A stretch of 64,000 bases of DNA from Protoeuglena noctilucae. Taxonomy: Eukaryota. Location of the stretch: NCBI GenBank assembly GCA_958009085.1, contig OY253670.1, positions 372,001 to 436,000 of the forward strand. The letters are read 5' to 3'. The translations under genes were made by a program, and so were the position numbers. The notes under the pieces are model-generated. The model saw only the letters and a program-made list of their open reading frames with translations, did not search any database and was not told where the DNA came from. Below are positions 37,428 through 50,201 of the stretch, in pieces. Within the stretch, counting starts at the first letter, position 1, and every line of letters starts with the position of its first letter.

Positions 37428-40400
37428 TCACATACCCGGCACACTGCCCGGCGCACTGAGTTGTACCTGATAAAAGGCCTGGATTCCGATGCCGCGCACG
37501 TACGACTCATGGCAGATGAATCCTTGCGCCACAGGGTCCCCGACCATGGACTTGAGGCTACGTGACGAAGCAACATTGCGTCAGGAGGCGCTCCTGAAGT
37601 CCCACACAGCGCAAATGCACCGGAACGCAGGCGCACCTGACGCTCATCCAGCCGACCGCGGTGCGCTCGAAGAGCATCGCCACGTCCGTCGCAGCCTCGC
37701 CCAGGACGCTCAGCACGGGCTGGGCCCGGCCGAGCACCACGGCAGTCGCGGACCCGGTCGAAATGGCGACCTTGCAGGCGGGCGTCAGACCGCTGCCCTG
37801 CGAGCAGGAGCAAGAGAGGACGCAGGCGCTGAATCCTCCTGCTTTCGCACAGCCGACCCCGCAAAGCGAGCTGCGATCCTGATGCCACTCGCCTCCCAGG
37901 CCTGGAGCCCCATTGCCGCGGCGAAGAGCTTGCGTGCCAGCGCCAGCGCGGCGGGGCGGTGGTCGCGCACGGCGCTGCGGAGGTTCAGGGCCACTACCAG
38001 TGTCGCCTGGCTCCCGAGGATCTCCACCTTGTTCGCGCCAGGGATCCCTGCAATCACGAGACGACACAGCAAACGTGGCTGATTGTAGCGAGCTGCACCG
38101 ACCGATGCTTCGCCAGCTGCGGGCGACAGGGCGGCACCTTCGACTGCGCCCTCCGCCACGCAATGCAGCTCGTGGAGCAGCGCGGCCGCCTGGTCGGGAA
38201 AGGGCGCCCGCGAGAGGCGATCCAGGCCCGGCACGCCCACCGCCATGAACGTCACGTCCTGGGCGTGCAGCTTGAACGCCGCCGGGAGCTGCGCGGGTGC
38301 GCGACCCGGCCCCGAGCCCTGAGGGCCGCGGGTGCGACCCCGCACGCTCCGCCCGGCCTCCGCGCCGGACGCCCCTGTGCGACTTGACGACCCCCCAATG
38401 TGCTGCAACCCGGGACCAGGGCGGCCCCCTTTGCCGGTTTCTCCGGAACGCGAGGCGCCGGACGACAGCTGGCCCTGCCGGTCGGGCCCGGACGCATCCG
38501 CACCGGCCTGCGCGAACGAGTGCCCCGGTATGCGTTGCGAGTGCGCCCCGAATGTGCACGCGCATGCAGCCGCAACGCTCAAGGTCTGAGGTCGGCAGAG
38601 AGACCCACCGTCTCTGGTTTCCCTTGCTCCTCCTCCCGTATGTCCCGCAGTGGCCCTTTGGCGCCTCGCTCCTCTGCGCCCGACGTCTGCTCAGCCATCC
38701 CGTCGTCATCGTCGGCGTTTGCGATTCGCCGCAGCAGGACCTGCGATCTCAGCCGTGCCGCGGCATGGAAAACGCGCACACGCACGGACGTTTCGGGCAG
38801 CTGGCTAGACCTGGGCTGGATGGAATGTCCAACCCCAAACCGCACACCCGCAGGACTCCTGTGCAAGCTGCCGCTGATGGTTTGGCCACACAGCTGCTCT
38901 AGCGCGTCACCTTGGCTGCATCCGGTGGGAGAATCTGAAGGATGAGTCGGTCCCGCGCCTCGAGGGCGAGGGTACTGCTGAGGCGGACGATGGCGGTGCT
39001 AAGGATGGCGAAGAGCAGTGATACGACGGCCACATCGTCGACGGTGACCCACGGGAAGGTTGGGCCGCCCGCAGCGACGAGGACGGCGATGCTCGCGACC
39101 ATGACGACCCAAACCATCCAGCCGGCGAGGTGCAGGGTGCCACGGAGGTCCACAGAGGGTGACTTTGGCGGGGGAGCCGCAAGGGAGGCGCCGGGGCCGA
39201 TGGCGCGCGCAGTCAGCCCGGTGCGGCTGGCGAGACCCCCGTAAAAGGCGACGCTGCGGCGGGACGCGAGTCGGGGAGCCATTGCCGTCGCGCTGCCACC
39301 TCTTGCGAGGCCATGCTCCAGCTCGCTGCGTGGGTGTGCGCCCCAGACGACAGCTTACACCTCCTCACCTAATCATCCAATACACAGTGATCCACATGGC
39401 GGCGAGGAGGGGCACGACGAAGTAGGCCCAGGCGTTGGGCGCGTGGTTGGGAAGCCCCTCGGCTCGCAGGTAGTCATGGAATCGGTCATGCGACATGTCA
39501 ACCAGGTGCCCAAAATGCCCGATGGCCGGGATGACCGTGGCGATGGCGAGGACGATTGCCTCGAGCGCCACTGGCACGCGGACGCCGGTGTGCAGGCTGG
39601 CCGCGAGCGTGCCGGGGAAGACGAGCGCGTCACTGCAGTGGGGCGGGGGAGGACCGGGGCTCACACGGTTAGCTGCAAATCTCAAGTCAATAAGGGTCAC
39701 GATGGCTAGCTAGCAAGCTGCACAGGGTGCAGGGGTTTGGCGTTGTGGGTGGTGGGGGTTCGTGTCACGGCAGCCAGCAGAGTGCACAGGATGTGCAGCC
39801 GAGCACGAGGGGTGGGTGCCGTGCAGGCTGGGCGCCGGCGCAGCACTCACCGGAGGCGGTTCATGAGGAAGGTGCTCTCGGTCATCAAACCCCAGGCGAA
39901 GCCGCCCAGCCATCCCCCGAAGATGGCAAGAGCGAGGCCCAGGTGGGCGACGGTGGCGAAGTAGGGCACGACAGTGCGACAGGACAGGTCTGGGAGGAAC
40001 ATTGCGCAGAACACGGCGGCGAGAAGGGCCACTGCAGACAGAGCGATGGATGCCAGCACAAGGACAGTGCCCTCCACGCGGCAGATGCCGTATCGCCACG
40101 TGGCCCGTCCGTAGTGGTCGAGGTAGGCCACGAGACCGCAGTCGTTGGAACGACCCAGGAACTGCGGGTGAGCAGCCAACGGAATAGCGCATCAACTGAG
40201 GTGCAGCATACAACATGCATGGGAAGTTGCCTCCCGCTCCACCCTTGATGGGAACTCGACAGGTCCCCATTTCGATCCGCAACGACTCGCCTTGGCCCAA
40301 GCGCCGCCGAGGAAGAGGATGAGCAGTACGAAATACCACCAAAACACCCGTCGGCGGGTCTTCAGCGCCAAGTCCCAGCCATGCAGCGCGATGGAGCCGC

Positions 40401-40915
40401 TGACGCGGGTGGTCCACGCGGCCACGCGCGCAAACCAGCTGTCGCCACGCAAAGACTGGGCCGGCAATGCAGGCTCCGCCGGAGAGTCGTCCATGCCGCC
40501 CCCGTCCGTTGCAACGCTGGGGCGGAGCGCAGGGGGCGCCGCTGCAGCCCCTGCGCTCTGCGCTGCGGGTTTTCGCGATCGCGATCGGGACCGGGACCGG
40601 GACTTGCGGTGGGCGAGCTGGCCGTCGTAGTACGAACGGGCCTGGGGATCGGTGGGGGCAGACATTCCAACCTGGGCCCCCACGGCGAGGTCCAGCACGG
40701 TGGCCGCCTCAGCCCACACGCGTGCGGCGTCGGGGAATCCAGCATTCGGAGGGGGCATGAAGTAGCCCAGGCGCTGCGCCACGGCCTCATCTTCGGACGC
40801 TGCGCCACAGGAAGAGGACCCGCGTCGCGCCGCTCGATAGGCCGCCGCGCAAGTGATCAAGCACCTCCCCTAATCAAGGTATCTTACCAAGCTCCAAAGA
40901 GCTCTGGCCGTGCAT
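37428..40915 (-). CDS. Multi-pass membrane protein with a degenerate class III nucleotide cyclase domain (paralog B)
   Basis: Colinear with paralog A: SGSIALHGWDLAL, RDRLILQILP, DVTFMAVGVPGL, LLHELH, NKVEILGS, ISTGSATAVVLGRAQP..LGEAA, RGIGIQAFY. Confidence 0.78.
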
Positions 40916-41140
40916 TGTTCCGGCCACCTGCGGCCCGTGCGGCAAGCTACATGACACAAAGGGGCGCACGGAACCGAGCTCTGTTGACTGTACCGACGTA
41001 ATGAACTGGATTAATCGTCCATTTTCAGAGTGCGACCGCGAAAGGCAGATGCCCGTGCCGGGAGGGTTTGTGACACGGCATGCCAACGCGTGCACAAGTG
41101 TTCCCGTGCTAATCGACATCTCTTTTCCGCGCTAACGCCG

Positions 41141-44100
41141 TCAGTTCCACCTCCCCCCGAGCGCCAGCGGGTCCGCCTCGATGCTCTCGGCGCTCTTGGG
41201 CACGCCGTCCGCCTGGCGCGTGTGCCGCGAGTGGGCGATGCGAAGGATGTACTCCGGCACCGCCGTCGTTGTCGGCTTGAACGTGCACTTTTGCAGCTCC
41301 TCGAGCTCCCGCCGCCGCAGGATGTTGTGCCTGCGACCGAGAGAAACGCACGCTTGGAGATGCCGCTGCTCCCCCGGCCCCGCACGGCCGCCTCCCGGCG
41401 CCTCGCCGCACCTCTCCGTCTCTTTCTGTTGCATTTGAAGCGTCGCTCGATCGATGTAAGCCTCCGGGTCCTCCAGCACGCGCAGCTTCCCCGACACGCC
41501 CTCGCTCGCCGCGCTCTTGCGCATCCGCGGCTTGAAGGGCAGGCGCCGCAGCTCCTCCGCGTCTTTCTGCGCCTGCCGCGCGCGGAGACGCGCCTCCCGC
41601 GCGCTCTGGTCCAGGTAAAGCTTCTCGAAGTGCTGCGGGGGCACAAAACAAGCACACGCGCTTCGCCGCACGCAGCAGAGGCGCCGGAAGGGTCTTGACA
41701 CAAGCGCCCGCCGCGCCCCTCGCCTCGTCCACAGTCAGCTTAGGCGCCAGCCGCTCGCTCCTCGGGTTGATGTGCGGCCGGAAGAGATCCGCCTCTTCGC
41801 CGGGTCCCCTGTACCTTGGGCCTGCACTCTGCGGCCGCCCTCCGCTCCGCGCCCCGCCCGCGCCCGCCTCCGCGCCCCTCCCGGCCTGCTCCTTGTCCGG
41901 CGAGGCGCGCGCGACCGACGAGTCGTCGGCGGAAGTGCCCGGACCCGCGGGTGGCCGTCGGCCAAGCACGCCCTGCCTCCCCGTCATGCGTGCCAGGATC
42001 CGCTTCGAACCCTGCGACATCCCGGGGCCCTCCATGGCCGCCCGGTCCGCGGCGCTGCGTGCGGGAACATCACCCGGGCCGTCACCCCCAATGCCAAGCA
42101 CCACGCCGCCCAAACGCTCCACCCTCCACGCCGGCTGCATGCTCACCTGAGCCGGACGGCCGTCTGCGCCTTGCGCTCCAGCAGCGCCTGCTGCCTCGCG
42201 AGGAAGCGGTCGAGCTTGTCAGGGTCGACGCGGAAGGCCCCCAAGTCCTGGGACCCGTCCAGCCCCGCCCCGCGCACCGCGTGGGAAAAGAGCGCGTCAC
42301 CCAGGGCCCCCGCCGCGTCCTCGATTCGATTCTCGACGACCTGGAGTCGCTTGAGCATCTGGAAGGACCGCTTGCTGGGCTTGGTGTCTGGGTTGAATGC
42401 CCCGGGGGGCGGGGGGCGCTGGGGCGAGGGCGAGCGGGGCTGGCGCCACCGGGAGGGGACCTGGGAGCGCGGGAGCGGAGGGTGTGCGCGCGTGGTAGGG
42501 CGGAGCGGCGATGAGGGCGGCGACAGCGGCATGGTGGGCAAGCACAAGGCCGGGGACGGACGGCATAGCAGAGGCGGGGAGCGTGGGTGTGGATGCCAGT
42601 ACTGTGCTCACCCTCGCGTGGGGGTTCTTGGGGAGGTTGAGGATGCGCGATGCGTCCTCGAGCGTCATCGACTCGCGCTCCATGTTCGTCCGCTGCTGCT
42701 TCATCTGCAGGCGGAGATTCTGCGGGCGGGACCGAGGGTAGGGGACACGACTTAGCAGTGCGGACGGGGCAGGGTGCCAACGACGCAGGCACTGCGGGGG
42801 GTGCAGTCGCGACCGCGCTCCCGCCAGCATCCCCGCGCATGTATTCTAGATGTGTCATTAAGAATGAAGACCCTAAGAATAAAGACCCGCCGCCGCCCCT
42901 CGCCTTCCCCTGAGCGTAGGCGTACAGCCGCAAGCACGCCCGGGTGCTGACGTCGCCCTCGCTGGGCCCCTCGCGGCCCGACAGGGGGCGGTAGGGCCCG
43001 GTGGGGGGCGCCCCGACGCCGGCGAACTTATCCACGAGTCGCAGGCCTTGCGGGAACTGCGAGTGGTGGACGTAACAACACAGGTTTTGCCAAGCAAGGA
43101 GAAGTACGGTGAGACGCGTGGGGTGCGACGAGGAAGGAGGGTTGGGTGCGCTGTGCTGTATGCAGCCCATGTCGACATAGCCCTCCCAGGTCTGCATAGC
43201 CTACCTGCTCAACCGAGAGGGACGTGCCGCCCTTTCGCGGGGAGTCCGGCCTGGGCCGCTGGGGCGTGGTGAGCGGGGACGCCCGCACCCACTTGTCCCC
43301 GGGGTAGGCAATGCCCTGCTGTGCCAGGTGCTTCGACTTGCGGTCGATGCTGGGGCTGAACGTGCACGCCGCCATCTCCTGCCTGCGCGCAGCGAGCCGG
43401 CGAGCGACACCTCGACATCTCGCCATATGCAACCCAACCACCCCCAACACCTCTAGCTACCCCGCACATGCCACTTACGGACGGGCAGGCACCCTGCTTG
43501 TAGCACAAGTGTGCCCCTCCCGCAGCCCACGCCACGGCCTCACCTCACTCCCTCCCTCCTCTTCTCTTCGTACTCCTTCTCCCGCTTCTTGCTCTTCTCT
43601 TTCCAAGCCTCGTACATCTCCTCCCCCCAATTGCTGTCGTCCACATCACGAGACAAGCCCGCCCCGCCCTCCCGCAGACCCTGCGCCGCCATCCACTCGT
43701 CCCAGTGCCGGTCCGACTCGTCGCCACCGCCCGCACCCCCGTAGCGCTCCGAGCTCGGCTGGTAAGCGCCCGCATAACCCCCCGCGTACCCCGGCCCCAT
43801 CGGCCCCGTCGCCATGCCCGCCCCGGCGCCCGCCCGCGCCCCACCGCCGCCACTGTCCTCCCCCGCGATCGCGAACCGCGACTCGGGGGTCCGCAGCGGG
43901 TCCAGCGCCTCGCTGCCATCGCCGTCGCTGCGGTCGGTGCGCGACGTCATCACCGTGTGGCGCGTGTACTGCCCCGCCACGTCCACCGACACGGCCGTGT
44001 ACACCGGCTCCTCCGCTTCGGGCGGAGGGGTGCGCCGGGCCGACGCGGGCGGCGTCGACGGAGCGGAGGGCTGCCCCGACGGCGCGACGCTCGGCCGCGC

Positions 44101-44643
44101 CGACACGCGGGCGCTGTCACGGCGAGACTGGGATTGCGACCGGATCTGCTCCTGCATCGGCGCGGGCAGCGTCGCGATCAGCGCCGCGTCCAGCTCCGGG
44201 CTCGGCTCGCGAAGCGCATCCCCCGCCGTGGCGTCCCCGGGCCGCAAGCCCAGGCTCTCCTCCAAGGCACGCTCGGCCGCGTGCATCTGCCGGGCGTCCA
44301 GCGCGCCCGCGGGCTCCCGCCGGCGCGCCGCCGCGGTCGTTCCGGCCTCGGACGGCGTGCGGGTGCCGTCGCGAGGGGTCGTCGCGCCGGACAGGATCCC
44401 CTTGACCGCGTCCTGCAGCGAACCCGCTGCGGACATGGACGCGTCTCCGTGGCCTCGCGCGGCGCGCACCCGCTGGAGGAGCTCCTGCGCGCGCGAGGAG
44501 AAGCAGCTTGCGTCGCAGCTGGGACGACCCATGGCAAGAACGGGAAGGGCCGCCACGCTTTCGCCGGCGCGACTCGCCTGTTGCTTCACTCGCTCCTGCT
44601 CTGCTTCTTGAATCGTCACTTCCAGCGCCCCGGCGCTGGACAT
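41141..44643 (-). CDS. Hypothetical low-complexity protein with CTFxP/FxP repeats (possibly cytoskeletal or flagellar)
   Basis: Spliced ORF with ACTFSPSID, AFNPDT, LFRPHIN, LPFKPRM, KCTFKP. The function is an inference. Confidence 0.6.
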
Positions 44644-45504
44644 CGGACGGCGGACTGCCTGAAGAGAGACCCTGCACCTTCTGCCAGCCTAGCGCCAATG
44701 TCCGGGAGCTCTGGGTGATCCGGGCCTGCGAGCGTGCAGAGAGAAAAGGCTAGCGTCGGCAGCGTGGCCAGGCAGCCGGGACGGGGGACGCGTCAAGCAC
44801 CCACGGCGCCCACATCCCTGTCGCTGCCGGGCAGGACAGCGGCATGGTCGGGGAGTCTGTGGGCGGTGAAACCCAGTCCGGCCAAGGAGCGCGCAACAAG
44901 CATGCGCCGACGACTCTCAGAGCGGAGTTGGAGGGCCGAAACCCCGCCATCGCTCGGGGAGACCTCTGGCCCACGAATTCCCGAGAAATGGACACCCTCG
45001 TCGTGGGCGACCCGAGCGACCCGTGCGATGAGAGCAATGAGGCCAGGAAAGACGAGCGCCGAACGCATCTCGCTCGCGCTCGGCCCTTCGCTGAGCTGTG
45101 TGGGCAGGCAGCTCACCCTGCCCCCTCGGGACGCCCACGACGTCGGTGTGAGCAGTATCTAGCTCGTGACGTACCGGAGATGCTGCCGCCTTGCGGGAAA
45201 ACGAGCTTTATCCCCCGGGCCGGCTCGGCAACAACGCCCCTGCTTGAGGCTGACCGGCCTCGGCCATGCGCCCGCGTCACTTCCGGAGTAAAAGCACCTT
45301 CTGCATGCTCATGCGCGCCCCCCCCCGTACCTGTCAGACAAGCAGTGCCCGCCAATGGTGTGTCGCGGAGCGTCGGGAGCTGGCTTGATTGCACACGACA
45401 ACGATGCTTCTCGGCAGACGGCTGAAGCGGCCCGCCTAGGGCAGCGTCATCGCCCCTCCTTGCCAGTGCACGCGCGGCTGCGCGCTTGTGACGGCCTTTG
45501 CCCC

Positions 45505-48500
45505 ATGCTGCGGCGGGGATGGCCGGGCGCGCTTCTCTCACGGCTCATGCTTCGAACGTACGCCAAGACCGACGGGGTGAGCGCCTCTGCGGGGTCGCCT
45601 TTTGGCCATCCAGGGCCCATTCGGGGGACCTAGGCGCCCGCCGCGCGCGCTCAACGCTCCTGGAGCCTCCGCGCCGCGCAGAGAGCACCATCACAGCCGT
45701 ACTTACGCGCGCACTGCTGGTTTGGGAAGGACCTAGGCCGCCTGGCGGGGGAACGGAACCTGAGGATATGCGTGCACGCCCGCAGGCGCTTCACTGCTTC
45801 GCCCCAAGGTGCCGCGCTTGGCATGCCGCACCATTGTATCTGGGTCTTGAATCCACTGTCGGCCGCCTTGCCATCCGATGCGGTTTTCTATGCCAAACCA
45901 CTGCTGACTGCTCTGCTCCCGTCCACCCACGGCCCCCGCGGCGGACGACCGCGATGAAAGGATTGCCTATGCAGAGTTAGAAGAGTATGTTCTGGAGGAT
46001 GTCGTCGGCCCGCCGCCGCCGACCGCGGGCCGCGAGCAAGCCGACGCGGGCCCGTCTGGGCGCCCGGCCGCGGGGAAGGGGAGGTCCCCGAAGGATTTGC
46101 GGCGCCGCAAGGGTGTGGGCGTCGCGAGGGACGATATCGCGCAGCGTCGGCGTGCGAGGACGCAGCGCGAAGGGGTGCTGTTCCGTGGGGAACACCCCCT
46201 GGACTGCTCGGCATTGCCCAGCGAAGTCCGGGCAGTCCTGTCATACATCACGTGAGACGCTGTCACGACTACAAGACCTTGTCCAATCGATTGCTGGACT
46301 GGTCTGGGCCGCGTGTCGCGTGCTGACTCACCTGGCTATCGGGCACACCACCGCAGGAAGCAGGGGCACGACGTGTGGCTTGCGGGCGGGCCTGTCCGGG
46401 ACCTATTGATGGACCGTCCCGTGAAGGACTGGGACCTAGTGACGTCGATGCCTCCCGGCGAATGGCGCGTGCTGTGGCGTGCGCCGGGAGCACGAAGCGT
46501 CGCCATCTACGGGATGAGGTTTAAGGTGGGTGCAAGCCACGGGGCACTTACGGGGGCCCTGACATGTAGAAGCCGTTACGGTCATTGCTCGACTCCTGAA
46601 GTGTACCCGGATCCTCGGAGGGGTGCGGCAGACGTGCTTTCAGACGTGCTTTGCAAGCGCGCCTCGACCGCCCTTTCGTGCTACGCAGGTCGCTGACGTG
46701 AAGCTGAACAGCAAGCACCACTTGCAAGTGACGCACATCGCCGCGTTCATGGACAAGCACTGCCCCCCGCCGCTCGCGTCCCTGGGAGTCGACCCCAACT
46801 CCCTGCGGGCCCGTTTCCAACGCACCGAGTCAGGGCGTGACGGCGAGGACGACGACGAGGATGACGACGGTGACGGGAAGCGCGCGGGAGGGGGGCGGAA
46901 GGGCGGGAAACGCAAGAATCTGGACGCTTTCAGGGTCTGGCGGTCGTGGGTGCGGTACTTGCAAAAGGAGACGGCACGGCGTGACTTCACGGTCAACAGC
47001 ATGTGAGCGCCCGCGCTGGTCACAACAGCGGGCGCCCAGCGCCGGGATGGAAGCCGCTTCGTGCTGCGGGGTCGCGTCGGTCACGACTGACTCCCGATCG
47101 TGCTTTGCGCTGCCAGCGCCATTCGTGGGTTTGGCCGGACGTGCTTTGTGCTGAGGGCGCCCGCAGGCTCTTCAACGCGACGCACGAGGTGCTCTTTGAC
47201 TTCCACGGCGGCCTCCCGGACGTCTCAGCGGGGCTCCTGCGCACGGTGGGGGACCCCAGGGATGCAATGGCAGAAGACGCAGCTCGCACGTTGCGCGGGA
47301 TGCGGTTCGCGGCGAGGCTCGGGTTCCGCGTGCACCCGGCCACGGAGAAAGCCATGAGGTGATTGCGATCACGCCTTGGGGGCATTGTATGTGATGCTTG
47401 CACAGGCAGTCGTCGGTTGGGAGCAATGCGCGATACGCTTGCAGGCACGGTGGTCGGAGTGGACCCCAAGCTCAGATGCGACCATCGCTGGCATGCCCCT
47501 CACTTCGCCCCTTTCCTAACTTCGCCCCGCCCCTCTCTCTGCAGGGTCGCTCGTGTCGATGCGCTGCCCACCGGCCGCATCCGCTACGAAGCGCACAAGA
47601 CGCTGCTGGACCCGGGGCGCGCAGACGTGCTGCGGATGATGTGGGAGTGGGGGCAGCTGCAGCACGTTTTGCCGGACTTGTACGGGCGATTGGTGCAGAC
47701 GCGGGCGAGGGACGGGGGATGTCAGCAGGACAGCGTGTTTCGCTTGCTGAGGGAGACGGCGCCGGGACAGGCGAGTGGGTGGGCTTAGTCAGTGGTGGTA
47801 GCAGCAGTGGGGCAGGCAGGCGAGCACGAGCATGCTGTCAGTAGAAGGCAGTAGTGAAGCACCATTGCCTTTTTTTGCCGTCTTATTTAAAGTTAGTATG
47901 TTTGATAGCCGCAGAGCAACGATGGCGCATCGGGGTGGTGGACCGACAGCTCTGCGGACTCGGAAGTCATGGATCGGATGGGAGAGCCACTCTCCGTGCT
48001 GGTGAGCGGAAGAGAGCGGAAGAGAGAGATAGCAGCTTGCGTGTCTGACAATTGAGACCGTTGCGTGCAAACCGTCACTTGTAACTTGTGACGGTTACGC
48101 GTCGCTCCACACCTGTGCACCCCGCAGACATCGTTGTTGGCCCGGTGGGTCCTGACTCCCTCCTCTTGGCCCAGCGCCGTTCGCTCCGAGGTCGTCGCCG
48201 CGTCGAGGGCCGCGAAGAGGGCAGAGCACGTTGCGCGTGACCTGGAGGGTCCGTGGCCGAGGGCCGAGGGCGATGCGGAGGTGTTGCCCCGGTCGCTACG
48301 GGGGTCTCTCCTCCAGTGGCCCATCATCGGTGCCAAGAAGGGTGAGGGAATGCTGAATGCGAGTTTCTTTAGTGTCTATAGTGTCTAAAATTGTGAGGTT
48401 GTCTGACCATTGCACCTCGCTCTCTCGCTCTTCCCAATGCCATGACCTACACGTGTGGAAGACCCTGCCCACCCTCGTCAACTCACAGTCTCCACTCTCT

Positions 48501-49901
48501 CATTCAAAACCAGTCACAGCACCTGTCCTGCTTGCAGAGGGGAAGGCGAAAGACCCGACACCGCTCGAGCGATGGGCTTCAGACTTCGCCCAGGCGAACC
48601 CCACCCTGGCCCGACTCTCTATCGCACGCATCCTCCGCGCCACCGCCGACGCGCCCCTGCACCCCAGCACAGCAACAACGGCAGGGAGCAGCGACGGGGC
48701 AACCAACAATGCGCCCCTGCTCCCCAGCACAGCAGCGGCGGCGGCGGGGAGCATCGACGGCGCACCCACCAACTCCCCTGTTTCGGATATTGGATCGAAT
48801 CCCACCGACGCCTCTGACGCCCCTACCGCTTCCTCCTCCACCGCTGCGCCATCGGAACATCCATCAGAGCGACCCTCGCAACACCCATCAAGACACTTGC
48901 CCTTAGGACCCTCCGAGCGTGCCCGCTTCTTCTCTCTAGCTGTCGCGCTCGGCCCCGTGGGTCTCGCCAGGCTCGCCTGGGCTCTGGCATTGAGCGAGGA
49001 CGCCGTCCGCGTTCTCACGGCGTTCACGGTGTCTAGGCGGGACGCGGACTTTGCTGCCGCGGAGGTCGCGAGGCGCCTGACGGTGCAGGCGGTTCTGGCG
49101 GTGGCGCTGCCAGAAAGCGTGGGGCTGCGGTGGGAGGGGGCCGCGGGGCCGTGGGCGCTGGAGGAGGGGGGCGTGCGTGCGGGGGGAGATGCGTCTGGGG
49201 GCGTGGCGACGGTATCGGGTGTGGCAGATGGGGTGGTGGGGGCGGGTGTGGCAGAGGCGGGGACGGTGTTGGGGACTGCAGAGGTGGGGACAGTGGTTGG
49301 GATGGCGGAGGGCGGCTCGAGGGGCGGTGGGGAGGGGGCGGAGTCGGGCAGTCGGTCAAGAGAGCGAGAAGAGGGGGTAGAGAGGGCGTCAGAGTGGGCA
49401 GGGCCGACGGTCGAGGCGCTGCGGGGCTGTGGGATGGAGGTGATGCGGGTGAGTGACCGTGGTTGGGGAAGAATGGCTGCAAAATGTGTCGTATCTTCTG
49501 CATCTCTGTTAACAACAATCATTTTGCAACAATCTAATCATTCGTCTCTCTTCAACTCTTCCCAGTATCCCCCAGAGATGGCTCCGTTTCTGACACCGGT
49601 CGGCAGGGAAGCATTGGCAGAGGGGCGCGGGGGGCTGAGCGTATGGGCAGCTGATGCCGCACTGTCAGGGGCGCTCGTCAGAGCCTTGCAGGGCCAAGCG
49701 GGAAGGTGGGTGGAGGTGGTTGGGGCTGCAGAGTCGGGAAAGTCCAAAGGGGGACGTGGGGCAGGGGGCGGGGGTGAGAGTGGGGGCGGGGGCGAGGGCG
49801 GGGGTGGGGGAAGTGGCAAGGGGGGTGGCAAAGGCAAGGGCGGGGCGAAGGCTGTGTGGGTGACTAAGAAAAGGAGATCGGGGGCGAAGGCGAAACGCTA
49901 G
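45505..49901 (+). CDS. Class II nucleotidyltransferase (PcnB poly(A) polymerase/CCA-adding family), probably organellar
   Basis: AGGPVRDLL..KDWD, RRDFTVNSM, DFHGG..D, EDAARTLRGMRFAARLGF, RIRYE. Transit-peptide-like first exon MLRRGWPGALLSRLMLRTYAK is tentative. Confidence 0.85.
48651..48773 (+). repeat. About 60-bp in-frame tandem duplication in coding sequence
   Basis: APLHPSTATTAGSSDGATNN / APLLPSTAAAAAGSIDGAPTN. Confidence 0.8.
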
Positions 49902-50201
49902 CTGTGCTGCTGTTGCAACAGTAGTATACTGTTGTGCTAGCGGTGATACTGGGGTGAGACCATGCTACTTGGGGTGTTACCGAGGCCATCTGGGCTCGCA
50001 TGATGCTTTAAGATGAGCTTGCTTTCAATGCCTGCTTCGACTGATATGAAGCAAGGACTTCGCCGATAGAGGCAAATCTAAGCATAGCTGCTTCATACCG
50101 ACGGCGTTCGTCATCGATAGCAACAACATGCGACACCCGCCATGTCGTGAGCCATTCAACATCCACAAAGACATTACCCCACCACATGCTTCGCCAATCA
50201 T

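Noticed and set aside
35250..40400. 8-TM plus cyclase as a rhodopsin-cyclase
   Set aside because: No retinal-binding Lys in a DxxxK context in the last helix of either paralog.
44750..45425. Several overlapping ORFs between two divergent genes
   Set aside because: No recognisable motif or splice-consistent model; such ORFs are expected by chance at this GC content.
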